From Candidatus Dojkabacteria bacterium (lineage in GTDB: Bacteria; Patescibacteriota; Dojkabacteria; SC72): a stretch of 64,000 nucleotides of DNA. The stretch spans positions 251,685-315,684 of the forward strand of contig JACPFP010000003.1 of the NCBI GenBank assembly GCA_016182915.1. The letters run 5' to 3'. Positions 48,772 through 58,504 of the stretch are shown piece after piece (position 1 is the first letter of the stretch; every line of letters starts with the position of its first letter). The notes below the pieces were generated by a model. That model did not search any database, was not told where the DNA came from, and saw only the letters and a list, made by a program, of their open reading frames with translations. A program made the position numbers and the translations under genes.

Positions 48772-49578
48772 TCAATCAAAGAACACCAGAGAGTTGAATA
48801 TCGTGCCCAAATCTGCTTTAACTTTATCATTAGTACTGTGAGAAAGTGACGAGACCAGGTATATGTGTTCATCTGTTACATAAAGATATGCATCATATTT
48901 TGAGGCATCAACAGCAGTATTGTACTCTACATTAATTTTCTGAACTGTTTTCCCCCACATAGTGACAGCCCCTTTATCTGTATACTTAACCCCACCAAAT
49001 TCTGTCATTTGTATATTCTGTTCATCTAAGTACTTTTTATAGTCTGTTATTAATGTTGCAAGAGTATACTTATCCTTATTGTCTCCGCACTGAACAGTTA
49101 CAAGACCAGGTATAAATCCACTCGCATCATCATCAGAGAGAAGAGATACGCTAAACAAGTTTCTCATCTTCCCCATTAGTGGGTTAACATCACCTTCCTC
49201 TCTTTGACGATTACTCGCTCTCCAAGTTCTTGATAGTTCACCATCAACATAAACGGTATTCCTGTCAGGAATTTGCATGCCTGCATTACACTGTGAGTTT
49301 GCTACCATTACCCAACCAACCTTTGTCACTGGAAGAGCAACCTTCTTCTCAACAATAACTTCCTTAACAGTCTCCTCGCACTTATTGTCACATTCCTTTT
49401 TAACTACTTTAGAATTCATATACATATATCCAGCTGCACCTAATCCTAGAAGAGTTGTTATAACGAGGAGAATAATCAAACCATTCTTCTTGGTTGCGCT
49501 TCTGTGCACAGGAGTTTCAACAACAATAGGTCCAGGGGTTACATCGGGCATAGGAGATACTTCATTTGTTGGATTCAT
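48772..49578 (-). CDS. Membrane-anchored hypothetical protein, possibly a PsbP-like fold
   Basis: Pro-rich N-terminus, single TM, extracellular domain ending IFNSLVFFD. Confidence 0.7.
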   Translation of the reverse strand: MNPTNEVSPMPDVTPGPIVVETPVHRSATKKNGLIILLVITTLLGLGAAGYMYMNSKVVKKECDNKCEETVKEVIVEKKVALPVTKVGWVMVANSQCNAGMQIPDRNTVYVDGELSRTWRASNRQREEGDVNPLMGKMRNLFSVSLLSDDDASGFIPGLVTVQCGDNKDKYTLATLITDYKKYLDEQNIQMTEFGGVKYTDKGAVTMWGKTVQKINVEYNTAVDASKYDAYLYVTDEHIYLVSSLSHSTNDKVKADLGTIFNSLVFFD

Positions 49579-49639
49579 TCAACTATAGAAATAATTTTAT
49601 CTACTTTTCATATTACCTCTACCAGGCACCTAGCTACAA

Positions 49640-50812
49640 TCATCCTATAATATATAATTCCTCACTTGCACGGGTTACGGCAGTATACAACCATCTTTTC
49701 CACATATCATGCTCCATGCTTGAAAACTTTTCTTCGAAGACAACAACCCTTCTTGCCTGACTTCCCTGTGCTTTATGAACAGTCAGTGCATATCCGAAAT
49801 CAAAAAGGTCAACTTCAGGAGTTTTCTCTGCATGAATTGTCTCCTTCGCACCAAATTGGTTGTATGAGATTAATCCCTCAAAATCATAACCTTCTCGATC
49901 ATCCAAGGATATTCTCGCTTTATAGTACTTTCCCCAATCGTCAGTTATGGTTTCAATACTCTTAATCCTTCCCATCATCCCATTTGATAGATGTTTGTCG
50001 TAGCTATTGCGAAGACATATAACCCTGTCACTAACCTGGGGTTCTTCACTTTCAAATCCAAGAAGCCCTCTAATTGCCTTGTTAAGTTTAACCCTCGTAT
50101 TGTTATATCCAACCAATACGAGCATGTCATCATCATAGCTAAGAAAGAGATCTGAGAGAAACTCTTGAGTATCTGGATTTGTTCTACTCATCTTCACGAC
50201 CCCTTTTCCATACTCCATTGTCGGGATTATTCCCCTTGTTCTAGCCATCTTTGAGACAAAAACGATTGGATTATCTTTCTCCTGACGATATATCTCCTCT
50301 AACCTCAATTCAGGATCATCCATAAGGTTGAACCTTCCTTCTATAGGGGGAAGCTGACCGTGATCCCCTATAGCGAGGATTGGGACATCGCACTGTAGGA
50401 GGTCTTCCCAAATTGTTTGGTTAACCATTGAAGCCTCATCAACAATTATCAATCCATACTTAAATTCTTTCTCACTCTTTCTTCTCCATCCAATTACAAC
50501 CCCATCATCATTTAGCTGAGGTTCATATATTAGTCTGTGGATTGTACTTACACTATCGTCAGGAAATATTGATTTTGAATCCTGTAACTTCCTATCCATG
50601 ATTCTAACCGCCTTTCCAGTATAGCTGCAAAATGCAACTTTAAGCTGTGCATCTCCCTCTCTTAATTGCTTGCTTATAAAGCCTATGAGGGTTGTTTTAC
50701 CTGTTCCAGCATAACCTCCAAGGGTTATGTACTGTTTTCGTGCAGGGCTTTTAAACCACTGAAGTATCTTAGTTATAGTCTCCTGCTGTTGCATTGAAAG
50801 CTCTATCTCCAT
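49640..50812 (-). CDS. SF1B RecD-like/Dda-like ATP-dependent DNA helicase
   Basis: GYAGTGKTT, TIHRLIY, VDEASMV, GDHGQLPP, YALTVHKAQGSQ, YTAVTRA; no RecD2 N-terminal domain. Confidence 0.92.
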   Translation of the reverse strand: MEIELSMQQQETITKILQWFKSPARKQYITLGGYAGTGKTTLIGFISKQLREGDAQLKVAFCSYTGKAVRIMDRKLQDSKSIFPDDSVSTIHRLIYEPQLNDDGVVIGWRRKSEKEFKYGLIIVDEASMVNQTIWEDLLQCDVPILAIGDHGQLPPIEGRFNLMDDPELRLEEIYRQEKDNPIVFVSKMARTRGIIPTMEYGKGVVKMSRTNPDTQEFLSDLFLSYDDDMLVLVGYNNTRVKLNKAIRGLLGFESEEPQVSDRVICLRNSYDKHLSNGMMGRIKSIETITDDWGKYYKARISLDDREGYDFEGLISYNQFGAKETIHAEKTPEVDLFDFGYALTVHKAQGSQARRVVVFEEKFSSMEHDMWKRWLYTAVTRASEELYIIG

Positions 50813-50992
50813 ACATCAATTTTAATCCATTTATACTAAGTATACAAACCGTCGACCTATCTTGAGGGCGAAAAAATGAACTTTCATAACTAAACATAGT
50901 AACTTTCACCAAAGTCCCCATTTAATAACCCTGAAGCTCTGATTAGCAGGTTCATCAGGATAGATTCCACAGGTTCACAGCGACATAGCCGG

Positions 50993-53900
50993 TCATACTT
51001 CAGATACCCTTTTCCTTCCTTTTATTACAACGAGGGTAATAATAGATAGTATGGCGACTCCCAAAACTACTAGTAAGATTATATTATTCGAGATAAGATT
51101 GCTCAATGAAAAATCCTCTTCTGATATATCTTTATTTGGATCCTTGGTATCACTATCAACCGGCTTTGTAGGGGAATTGTCACCTTCAACCCTCATACTA
51201 TACATATCAGTGTAATGATTTGAGCCATCTATAATGTTAATTGTTATTTTATGATCCCCCTCTTCTAAATCCTCATCAGGAGTCCAGACCCAATACCCTT
51301 CACTATCTGCCACGGTTTCTCCCTCTATTAGCTTGGAATTAATCGTTATTTTAACAATCGCATTTGGATATGTTTTTCCACTAAAGGTTGGACGTTTTTC
51401 GGATACAATCAAAATATTATCTACAATTTTAGAATTAAGTATTGTGAAGGTAGACTGAGAGTTAGTATCATCAGGAACTTGACCATCCCCCTCTCCATTG
51501 TCTTCGTTTACATCCGGTGAGGTACTTTCAAGGAGTTCAATTGTGTCACTATATACCTCACTTGTGTTTCCTTCGCTATCTCTATACTGTGCAAACACCT
51601 CACGAACCCCCGTTCCCGCAAGTAGTGCCCAATATCCGCCCTCATTATAGTTTTTCCAAGTACAACCAGTGAAAGTATCATTATTACATACCCTCATACT
51701 TGTAACCGTCGAGAAATCATCTTGGGCAATAGTTGTAAGCCAGACGTATGGCCAGTCAGTAGATTCTGCATTCCCACCAATTACAACACTCCCTTCGGGT
51801 GGGTATGTATCAGTGTCATAGTTAATCTCTACTGACTGAATGATAGGAGTAAGTTCTTCGTTAGTGGTGCTCAAAACGAATTTATACTGCAGATACCTAC
51901 CATTTGGAGAGACAATACTATCACCATCAACTAACTCCCAACTACTCCACGTACTATTTGGGGTAGATGAATTCCCTGTACGTGTATATTTTACAATGGA
52001 TGTACCAACCGGAACTGTAGAAGAGTCCACAACTTCGTTCCACTTTGTATTACGTCCTCCATCAATAACCTTCGATATGTACTCCCCGCTCGGTTGATAT
52101 CCAGAGTTAAACGAGACCTCAGTTACTGAAGGAGTAACGGAAGTGTTTGTGGTTGTAAGGGTTAACTTATACTGAATGTATTCATTTCCTACCAAGTCTG
52201 CGGGATCTATATAACAGCCATAACGATTAAAGCAAATATCATTCCATGAAGACCATTCACTATTGGGGAGTTCAACTGTAATCCAATCAATTTCATAACT
52301 GTCAGAAGGCTGCCAAGTATACGACGAAAGCGGGTCAATATATGGCTCAACCCCTATCTTACTAAATGGGAGAGTTGGAATTAATGTCAGGTACACCCAA
52401 TCGTTTACGGTATAGTAGTACGACGATCCATCTTCCCATTCGTCTGTGAATAGGTAATCAGAATAAGAGAAGGGTTCACTCGATTGGTCTACACCAACAT
52501 TACTTCTAACCTTCATTCTAACCATGGAACCCGCTGGGAAATAATCATCCGCCTTTCCGGTATCAATCCACATTGTAGCCCATTTATTATCGACAGGATC
52601 ATCCATAGTAAGAATGCCATTGATAGTCTCTACACTATTGAAGGGGGCCCCCCAACCATAGAAATCGGTAATATAACTTACATCATTACTGTTAAAATTA
52701 TCCTCCCAAACACCATTGACATCGGCTGTTCTATATTGAATTCCAACCGTCGTATTTGCAGGAAGGTCTGAGGTAAGGGAGAGTAGATCCGATGGCGTTT
52801 CTGAAATCTTTTTCGCTTTCGAAATATACTCACCATACTTTGTTTTTCGCCCATCTAGATAAACGGAGAATAGGCCCTCAAAAGTATTAATATATAATCT
52901 CGAATCATTTTTATCTAAATACGTAGCGAGACTATAGGTATCCGGATTGCCAATTCCATCTTCCCAATTGTATGTTCTGTGGATTGTATCGTCGGAGGGA
53001 TCAACAGTTAAATGAGTATCAATGATTGCAATCCCGTATGTCGGAGACGATAAATATAACATTCCCTCGTCACTATCAAGGAGTGTACTATATGTCCAGC
53101 TTGGATTAGTTAAAGAACTTGATCCTATGGCTGGTGTACTCGAAGTGTTATATGATACTAATAGCTCATCATCTGAGGGGGCAACGGTACCCTTCCGGTC
53201 AATTACATCAACCCCACTTCTTGAACTAAGGTAAAGTAAATCATTAGCAGAATCGATTGTAAGATGGTACATATTATTATCAGTAATTGCGGGTGTGGAG
53301 CTTGAGGTATATGTAAATATTCTTTCATCATCTGCAACTGAAGTCGTTCCCTTTGTATCTATAACATTAAGTCCTGCATTGAAGCTTACAATATATATAA
53401 GGTTGTTGGCAGAATCAACTACGGAATGGGTTACCCCATTTCCTGCTATGGAAGGGGAAGAGGTGGTCCGGTATGTAATTAGAAGCGTATCATCAATTTG
53501 AGTAGTTGTTCCCTTTGTATCAATTACACTAAGTCCCCCACCGTTCTGAGATATATACAACAAATCTGTAGTTTGATCTAAGTATGAGTGATAGACTCCA
53601 CTGGTCGAAATTGCTGGAGATGAAGTGGGGGAATATGTTGCGACAATAACATCATCACTCATGTCCAAAGTATCATTTGTGTCAATCACTTTTAATCCTG
53701 ATCCAAAAGCTGATACATATAGAAGACCGGTCACAGTATCTAAATATGTATGGCGAACCTGATCCGCTCCCAAGGAAGGAACTGAGGTCGAGGAATAGTG
53801 TGCAACGACTACATCATCACTAATATCATTTAGATTGTTTTGATCAATAACAAAAAGACCCTCATATGAACTAAAATATATAACGTTATTTATTTCATTA

Positions 53901-54256
53901 ACCCAAATATTTAAGCCCTGAATACCTATATCATATCCAAAAAACTCATCACTATAATGCACAAACTCTGAAAGTTCTAAATCTGCATCTGATGGAGCAA
54001 TATTAACTTTCGAGCCTGCCTTCAAACCTTCTTCAAGGGTATCACTCAAAACATTCCTATTCTGTTTCAACGATATGCTTCCAGGGGATAGATTTGTTTC
54101 GAGTGTATTACCTACAGTCCCCTGTTGAAAATCACTTTGTGTAGTATGAACTACTGAAGATGATACGGCATAAAGGGGAGTTATACACCCTCCTAGAAGG
54201 ATAAACATAAGCCCTCCCCCAAGAAAGCTTGTTATGTAATATATTATTTTTGACAT
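50993..54256 (-). CDS. Giant surface protein: LVIVD-like propeller repeats, beta-sandwich/Ig domains and C-terminal TM
   Basis: Signal peptide; about 6-7 GL.VIDT.GT....DD...TY...S.P repeats; two Y.QYK..L.T...TP domains; P.FSG.T.PNA Ig domain; TM followed by RKR. Confidence 0.85.
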   Translation of the reverse strand: MSKIIYYITSFLGGGLMFILLGGCITPLYAVSSSVVHTTQSDFQQGTVGNTLETNLSPGSISLKQNRNVLSDTLEEGLKAGSKVNIAPSDADLELSEFVHYSDEFFGYDIGIQGLNIWVNEINNVIYFSSYEGLFVIDQNNLNDISDDVVVAHYSSTSVPSLGADQVRHTYLDTVTGLLYVSAFGSGLKVIDTNDTLDMSDDVIVATYSPTSSPAISTSGVYHSYLDQTTDLLYISQNGGGLSVIDTKGTTTQIDDTLLITYRTTSSPSIAGNGVTHSVVDSANNLIYIVSFNAGLNVIDTKGTTSVADDERIFTYTSSSTPAITDNNMYHLTIDSANDLLYLSSRSGVDVIDRKGTVAPSDDELLVSYNTSSTPAIGSSSLTNPSWTYSTLLDSDEGMLYLSSPTYGIAIIDTHLTVDPSDDTIHRTYNWEDGIGNPDTYSLATYLDKNDSRLYINTFEGLFSVYLDGRKTKYGEYISKAKKISETPSDLLSLTSDLPANTTVGIQYRTADVNGVWEDNFNSNDVSYITDFYGWGAPFNSVETINGILTMDDPVDNKWATMWIDTGKADDYFPAGSMVRMKVRSNVGVDQSSEPFSYSDYLFTDEWEDGSSYYYTVNDWVYLTLIPTLPFSKIGVEPYIDPLSSYTWQPSDSYEIDWITVELPNSEWSSWNDICFNRYGCYIDPADLVGNEYIQYKLTLTTTNTSVTPSVTEVSFNSGYQPSGEYISKVIDGGRNTKWNEVVDSSTVPVGTSIVKYTRTGNSSTPNSTWSSWELVDGDSIVSPNGRYLQYKFVLSTTNEELTPIIQSVEINYDTDTYPPEGSVVIGGNAESTDWPYVWLTTIAQDDFSTVTSMRVCNNDTFTGCTWKNYNEGGYWALLAGTGVREVFAQYRDSEGNTSEVYSDTIELLESTSPDVNEDNGEGDGQVPDDTNSQSTFTILNSKIVDNILIVSEKRPTFSGKTYPNAIVKITINSKLIEGETVADSEGYWVWTPDEDLEEGDHKITINIIDGSNHYTDMYSMRVEGDNSPTKPVDSDTKDPNKDISEEDFSLSNLISNNIILLVVLGVAILSIITLVVIKGRKRVSEV

Positions 54257-54268
54257 AACGATAGTTAG

Positions 54269-54297
54269 ATAGTATCAACGTAGATATTCTATGTCAA
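54269..54297 (-). promoter_or_regulatory. sigma70 promoter of the 1087-aa surface protein gene
   Basis: TTGACA-N17-TACTAT with extended TG, 12 nt before the ATG. Confidence 0.7.
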
Positions 54298-54401
54298 ACT
54301 TCTATTTTAGCTCCAAATTTGAAAAACTATTATTTTGTAACACATCGTAAAAATAGGTTTATAACTTATACATGCTAAATTAATTTAATGTATAATTGAT
54401 T

Positions 54402-55250
54402 ATGAAAAAATATTTCATAATACTAGCAGCAGTTCTTGGAGTTATATTTCTTGTCTATGTTATACAACTTTTCTGGCCCAATAAGGTGGAGAAGAGCAAG
54501 GATACAAAGAGTAACGAAGGGGTTGAGAATAAGGTAGAAGATACACCGAGAACAGGAATTTCAGAAGCTCCACCACAGCTAGTATACGACGAAACTCCTG
54601 TATACGAAGGAGCAGGATACTTTGAAAAGTTTCCGGTTATAGAAGGGCAACAGGCATACCTAGCCTATCCTCGAGTTATCAATCCAGAAAAGCCTCCAAG
54701 ATTGATTGTATACAGCCACGGTTCGAATACAACAGTCACAGCAAACATAAATGACCTATTCATGCAGGACCTTCAACTATATGGAGCATTTTTCACGGAT
54801 CTTGGTTACGCATTTGCAGCATCAAATCAGCATGGTATGAACTATGGAAACCAAACATCAATTAACGATACAAAATATATGGTTGATTGGATTGGAGGAA
54901 AGTATAAAATCCAGGAGAAAGTTAATCAGATTGGATTTAGTATGGGTGGACTTCCTGCTATCTACTTTACAACCCAGTATCCAAATCGTGTTAATGCAAT
55001 GGCCCTCCTCGCCCCCGTTACCTATGAGTGGGGTTCGAAGATCTACACTCCTCTTGAAAATATCCCTATAAAGATATGGCATGGGACTGCTGACGCAAAT
55101 GTTGGATATAGCGCCAGTACAGGTTTCATTCAAAGAGGGAGTGGGTATAAGCTGAAGGTGGAATTAAGAACAATTCAGAATGTAGGTCACTTTGCCGTTG
55201 ATACAGAGTATATGAATGAAATCTCAGAGTTCTTTAAGGCCAATGAATAG
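54402..55250 (+). CDS. Membrane-anchored alpha/beta hydrolase (esterase/peptidase)
   Basis: HG oxyanion motif, GFSMGG nucleophile elbow, HGTAD and GH triad residues; N-terminal TM. Confidence 0.85.
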   Translation: MKKYFIILAAVLGVIFLVYVIQLFWPNKVEKSKDTKSNEGVENKVEDTPRTGISEAPPQLVYDETPVYEGAGYFEKFPVIEGQQAYLAYPRVINPEKPPRLIVYSHGSNTTVTANINDLFMQDLQLYGAFFTDLGYAFAASNQHGMNYGNQTSINDTKYMVDWIGGKYKIQEKVNQIGFSMGGLPAIYFTTQYPNRVNAMALLAPVTYEWGSKIYTPLENIPIKIWHGTADANVGYSASTGFIQRGSGYKLKVELRTIQNVGHFAVDTEYMNEISEFFKANE

Positions 55251-55983
55251 GGTTATAAGTCTGTATAAACCTATTGGCGTCTCCCCCGTAGAATTAATCA
55301 ATCAGTTCAAGGCCGAAAATCCAGAGTATAAAGATGAGGTAGTTAGTTATGCAGGGAGACTGGATCCTCTTGCCCATGGAGTTATGGTTCTTTTAATCGG
55401 AGAAGCAAATAAACAGAGACGGGAGTATGAGAAGAGTGATAAAACATATGAGTTTAAAGCTATCTTAGGTTTTAAAACTGATAGCTACGATATATGTGGA
55501 ATAGTTCAAGCAGAACCAACCGTAAAGATCTTTACAGAAGAATCTTTAAGACCAACTATAGAATCCTTCAAAGGAAAGCAGGAACAGTATTTCCCTCCTT
55601 TCTCTTCTTTCCGAATAAAGGGAAAACCTCTTTTTAAATGGGCTAGAGATGGGAAGTTAGATGAGATTGAGATACCCAAGAAGAATATTGAAGTCTACAA
55701 CATAGAACTTCTTAAGATTGAAACCATAAAGGGAAAGGAACTGCTTAACAAAATAGTTTCCAGAATTAACCTCCTTAAAGGAGATTTCAGACAGGACACT
55801 ATCATTGAAAAGTGGAATGCGGTTATGGATGCGAATAGAGAGTATCAGATACTTTCAATGAAAGCAGATGTATCGTCTGGAACATATATAAGAGGAATAG
55901 TTGATGAACTTGGGAAAAGGTTGGGATATATGGCAACTACATTTGAAATACAGAGAACACGAAGTGGTAAATACACAACATAG
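55243..55983 (+). CDS. truB: tRNA pseudouridine(55) synthase TruB-like, without PUA domain
   Basis: YKPIG.S, YAGRLDPLA.GV, K.YEF...G..TD..D..G, Q..PPFS, SSGTYIR. The likely start is ATG 55243. Confidence 0.85.
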   Translation: MNRVISLYKPIGVSPVELINQFKAENPEYKDEVVSYAGRLDPLAHGVMVLLIGEANKQRREYEKSDKTYEFKAILGFKTDSYDICGIVQAEPTVKIFTEESLRPTIESFKGKQEQYFPPFSSFRIKGKPLFKWARDGKLDEIEIPKKNIEVYNIELLKIETIKGKELLNKIVSRINLLKGDFRQDTIIEKWNAVMDANREYQILSMKADVSSGTYIRGIVDELGKRLGYMATTFEIQRTRSGKYTT

Positions 55984-55999
55984 TGATATAATAATTTCG

Positions 56000-57118
56000 A
56001 TGGTTAAAACTCTTTACAAATATATTCTTAAACCAATACTCTTTCGATTTGATCCAGAGTTTATTCACAACCTCTTTACATCCAGAGGACGGCTTCTAGG
56101 TAGATTTAGGTTAACAAGAAGTATTCTAAAGAACGCATTTCGATATGATTCCCCTTCCCTACATCAAGAGATTGCGGGAATTAAATTTAAAAACCCCGTC
56201 GGTCTGGCTGCGGGTTTTGACTATGACGGAAAACTAACAGAGGTACTTGAAAGTATAGGGTTTGGATTTCAATCAATTGGTACAGTTACATACTCCCCAT
56301 ATGAAGGGAATTCGAAACCGAGGCTCGCTCGGCTTCCAAAATCTAAGTCTCTTCTTGTAAACAAGGGATTTAAGAGTGATGGAATTGAGAAGGTATTAAA
56401 TAGGAATGTAAGGGAATGGAATGAGACATTTAAAGTTGGGATTTCAATTGGTGCTACAAACTCTAAAGAATGTTCAACTCCTAAGGCACAAATTGAAGAT
56501 ATTATTAAAAGTTTCTCCTATCTTAAATCACACAAGCTTCTTGAAAGGTTTTCATATTTGGAACTAAATATTTCATGCCCTAACGTTTTAGGTTCGGGTT
56601 CACTTGCAGATACAGAGAATTTGGAGGATGTACTTAGTAAGATAAAGGAACTAGGAATCGATAAACCTATCTTTGTTAAGTTTCAACTTGAAATTGAGTG
56701 GGAAAAGGCAAGAAAACTTATAGAGATTATTATTAAGTATGGGGTGGAAGCCATTATAATTGCTAATCTTCTCAAGCAAAGAGAAGGGAGTGAGATTAGG
56801 AAAGAGGAACTAGAGAGTGTTAAGAATCTTAAAGGGAACTTCAGTGGAAAACCAACCTTCAATCTTTCAAATGAACTTATAGAGAAAACATATAGAGAAT
56901 TTGGAGATAGGATTAAGATTGTTGGTTTAGGGGGTATTTTCAATGCCGAGGATGCTTATGAGAAGATAAAAAGAGGGGCTTCGCTTGTACAGTTGATTAC
57001 AGGTATGATTTACGAGGGTCCACAGGTCATTGGGGATATTAATAGGGGTTTAGAGCGATTATTACGCAAGGATGGATATAAGAGTGTAGATGAGGCTGTA
57101 GGGAGTGCAGTTAAATAG
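56000..57118 (+). CDS. pyrD: Dihydroorotate dehydrogenase, class 2 (quinone)-like
   Basis: DPE..H, NPVGLAAGFD, GN.KPRL.RL, ELNISCPN, SGKP, GGI...DAYEKI..GASLVQL.TG. The likely start is ATG 56000. Confidence 0.93.
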   Translation: MVKTLYKYILKPILFRFDPEFIHNLFTSRGRLLGRFRLTRSILKNAFRYDSPSLHQEIAGIKFKNPVGLAAGFDYDGKLTEVLESIGFGFQSIGTVTYSPYEGNSKPRLARLPKSKSLLVNKGFKSDGIEKVLNRNVREWNETFKVGISIGATNSKECSTPKAQIEDIIKSFSYLKSHKLLERFSYLELNISCPNVLGSGSLADTENLEDVLSKIKELGIDKPIFVKFQLEIEWEKARKLIEIIIKYGVEAIIIANLLKQREGSEIRKEELESVKNLKGNFSGKPTFNLSNELIEKTYREFGDRIKIVGLGGIFNAEDAYEKIKRGASLVQLITGMIYEGPQVIGDINRGLERLLRKDGYKSVDEAVGSAVK

Positions 57119-57761
57119 TGTCTTCGCTTATCTTTCGGTCTACTAGGGCTATTCCTTTTTCAACGTTCGAGGTTTCGACTATAAATCTATGACAAAAAGA
57201 ACCTAAATGATGAATGAAATCTGGTGCAGAAAAAATATCATTACGTTCTTCTTCGGTGAGCTTCTTTCCTTCAATCTCTTCCTGATATATGATTAATCCA
57301 TCCCTTATCTTTTCAAGAAGGTATGAATGAAGAGCTTGAGGAGTAAACATATTTTTGGGGATATCAGGAAAGAGGACGGGAATATGTAATCCGCTAAATG
57401 CACTATCATATCTGCAGTAGAATTGCATCTTTGCTTCATCATTTAAAATCCTTGGACTGATGTGAAGACCCATAGGGGAATGACCAGATGTAAACATAAA
57501 CGATCCTTTTTGACTTGAATCAGGGACCCCCATAAGTTCATCGTAAATAATGATATCTTTTAACTGTGGTAGTGCTCGAACTTCAATCGTTGGAAGTGAA
57601 TCTTGGTAATCATCTCTGTATCTATGGACCCTAATAAATATTGCACATTGTGCAGATTCAGAGGCCTCTTCTTCAATAGTTTTAACAAATTGTTCATGGA
57701 GACCTTTTATATTGGTAACGTGGTTAGGGAGATCAAAGGGTAGGAAATCAGAAGAATACAT
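57111..57761 (-). CDS. Hypothetical protein
   Basis: 216-aa ORF; family not recognised. Confidence 0.6.
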   Translation of the reverse strand: MYSSDFLPFDLPNHVTNIKGLHEQFVKTIEEEASESAQCAIFIRVHRYRDDYQDSLPTIEVRALPQLKDIIIYDELMGVPDSSQKGSFMFTSGHSPMGLHISPRILNDEAKMQFYCRYDSAFSGLHIPVLFPDIPKNMFTPQALHSYLLEKIRDGLIIYQEEIEGKKLTEEERNDIFSAPDFIHHLGSFCHRFIVETSNVEKGIALVDRKISEDTI

Positions 57762-57861
57762 CTGTTGTATAGAGGAGAATAAATAAAAGGGTGGGCTAAT
57801 CCTATAACATATTATACATCATGAGAAAGTATTATGTATAGAGGTTTTTAGGCATCTTTAG

Positions 57862-58503
57862 CTACTCTACCTTGTCTCCTACAACAATTACCCGTTTAAA
57901 GTTAAAACCAGCAGGCCAACAGGTCATAAGGGTAACTGTATCCCTATCTTTATACTTTCCAAGATATTTTACATCTGTAGGGGAAAAGATTTTAACTTCA
58001 CGAACGCTGTACTTGTAGACAGTACCTTTGTAACTGAGGTATATCTCGTCTCCTTTCTCAAGTTTGTTTATGAGGTAGAAGTATACGTTATATTTTCTCT
58101 GCTCATAGAAGTTTACAGCAGAGTGTGCAAAGAGGAATGTATTTCCTTTCTCATTAGGTAGGGCGGTTCCTTTAGCATGGGCCACACCTTTTGTAAGGGC
58201 GCTTGTATACTCTCTTTCTGCATATGCATTTACATTGGGTATTACTACAGAGTTTGCCCCTATCTTGGGAATATAGATACCGAAGTTTGAGTCTATAATT
58301 ACGGGGTCTTTCTCCTTCTGAACTTCCTCTTCTTTTACAACCTCCTGCTCAACCTTCACGATAACATTCTTAGAAACCTTAGGTGAGAATGTATATGTTA
58401 TGTATGCAGATAGATAGTCTTTGTAGGTGAGAAATATTATAGCGAAACCGAGAAGTAAAAGGAGGCCACCAATAATTTTGATAGGCCTCCTTTTCAAATT
58501 CAT
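57862..58503 (-). CDS. Sortase (class D/E-like)
   Basis: N-terminal TM; IPKIG, AL.KGVAH..G..LP...GNTFLFAHS (His), TLMTCWP (Cys), KRVIV (Arg). ATG 58503 lies 1 nt after the pilin-gene stop; the track's start is 58542. Confidence 0.92.
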   Translation of the reverse strand: MNLKRRPIKIIGGLLLLLGFAIIFLTYKDYLSAYITYTFSPKVSKNVIVKVEQEVVKEEEVQKEKDPVIIDSNFGIYIPKIGANSVVIPNVNAYAEREYTSALTKGVAHAKGTALPNEKGNTFLFAHSAVNFYEQRKYNVYFYLINKLEKGDEIYLSYKGTVYKYSVREVKIFSPTDVKYLGKYKDRDTVTLMTCWPAGFNFKRVIVVGDKVE

Positions 58504-58504
58504 T

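Noticed and set aside
50850-50970. Hammerhead-ribozyme-like core on the minus strand (CTGATGA-ACC...GGT-GAAA)
   Set aside because: I could not build stems I and III with the required NUH cleavage triplet, so this is likely chance.
55901-55999. N-terminal extension of PyrD overlapping truB, and similar extensions of TruB, SecA, MsrBA and GT4 in the track
   Set aside because: Downstream ATGs with adjacent -10 boxes or family-typical starts fit better.
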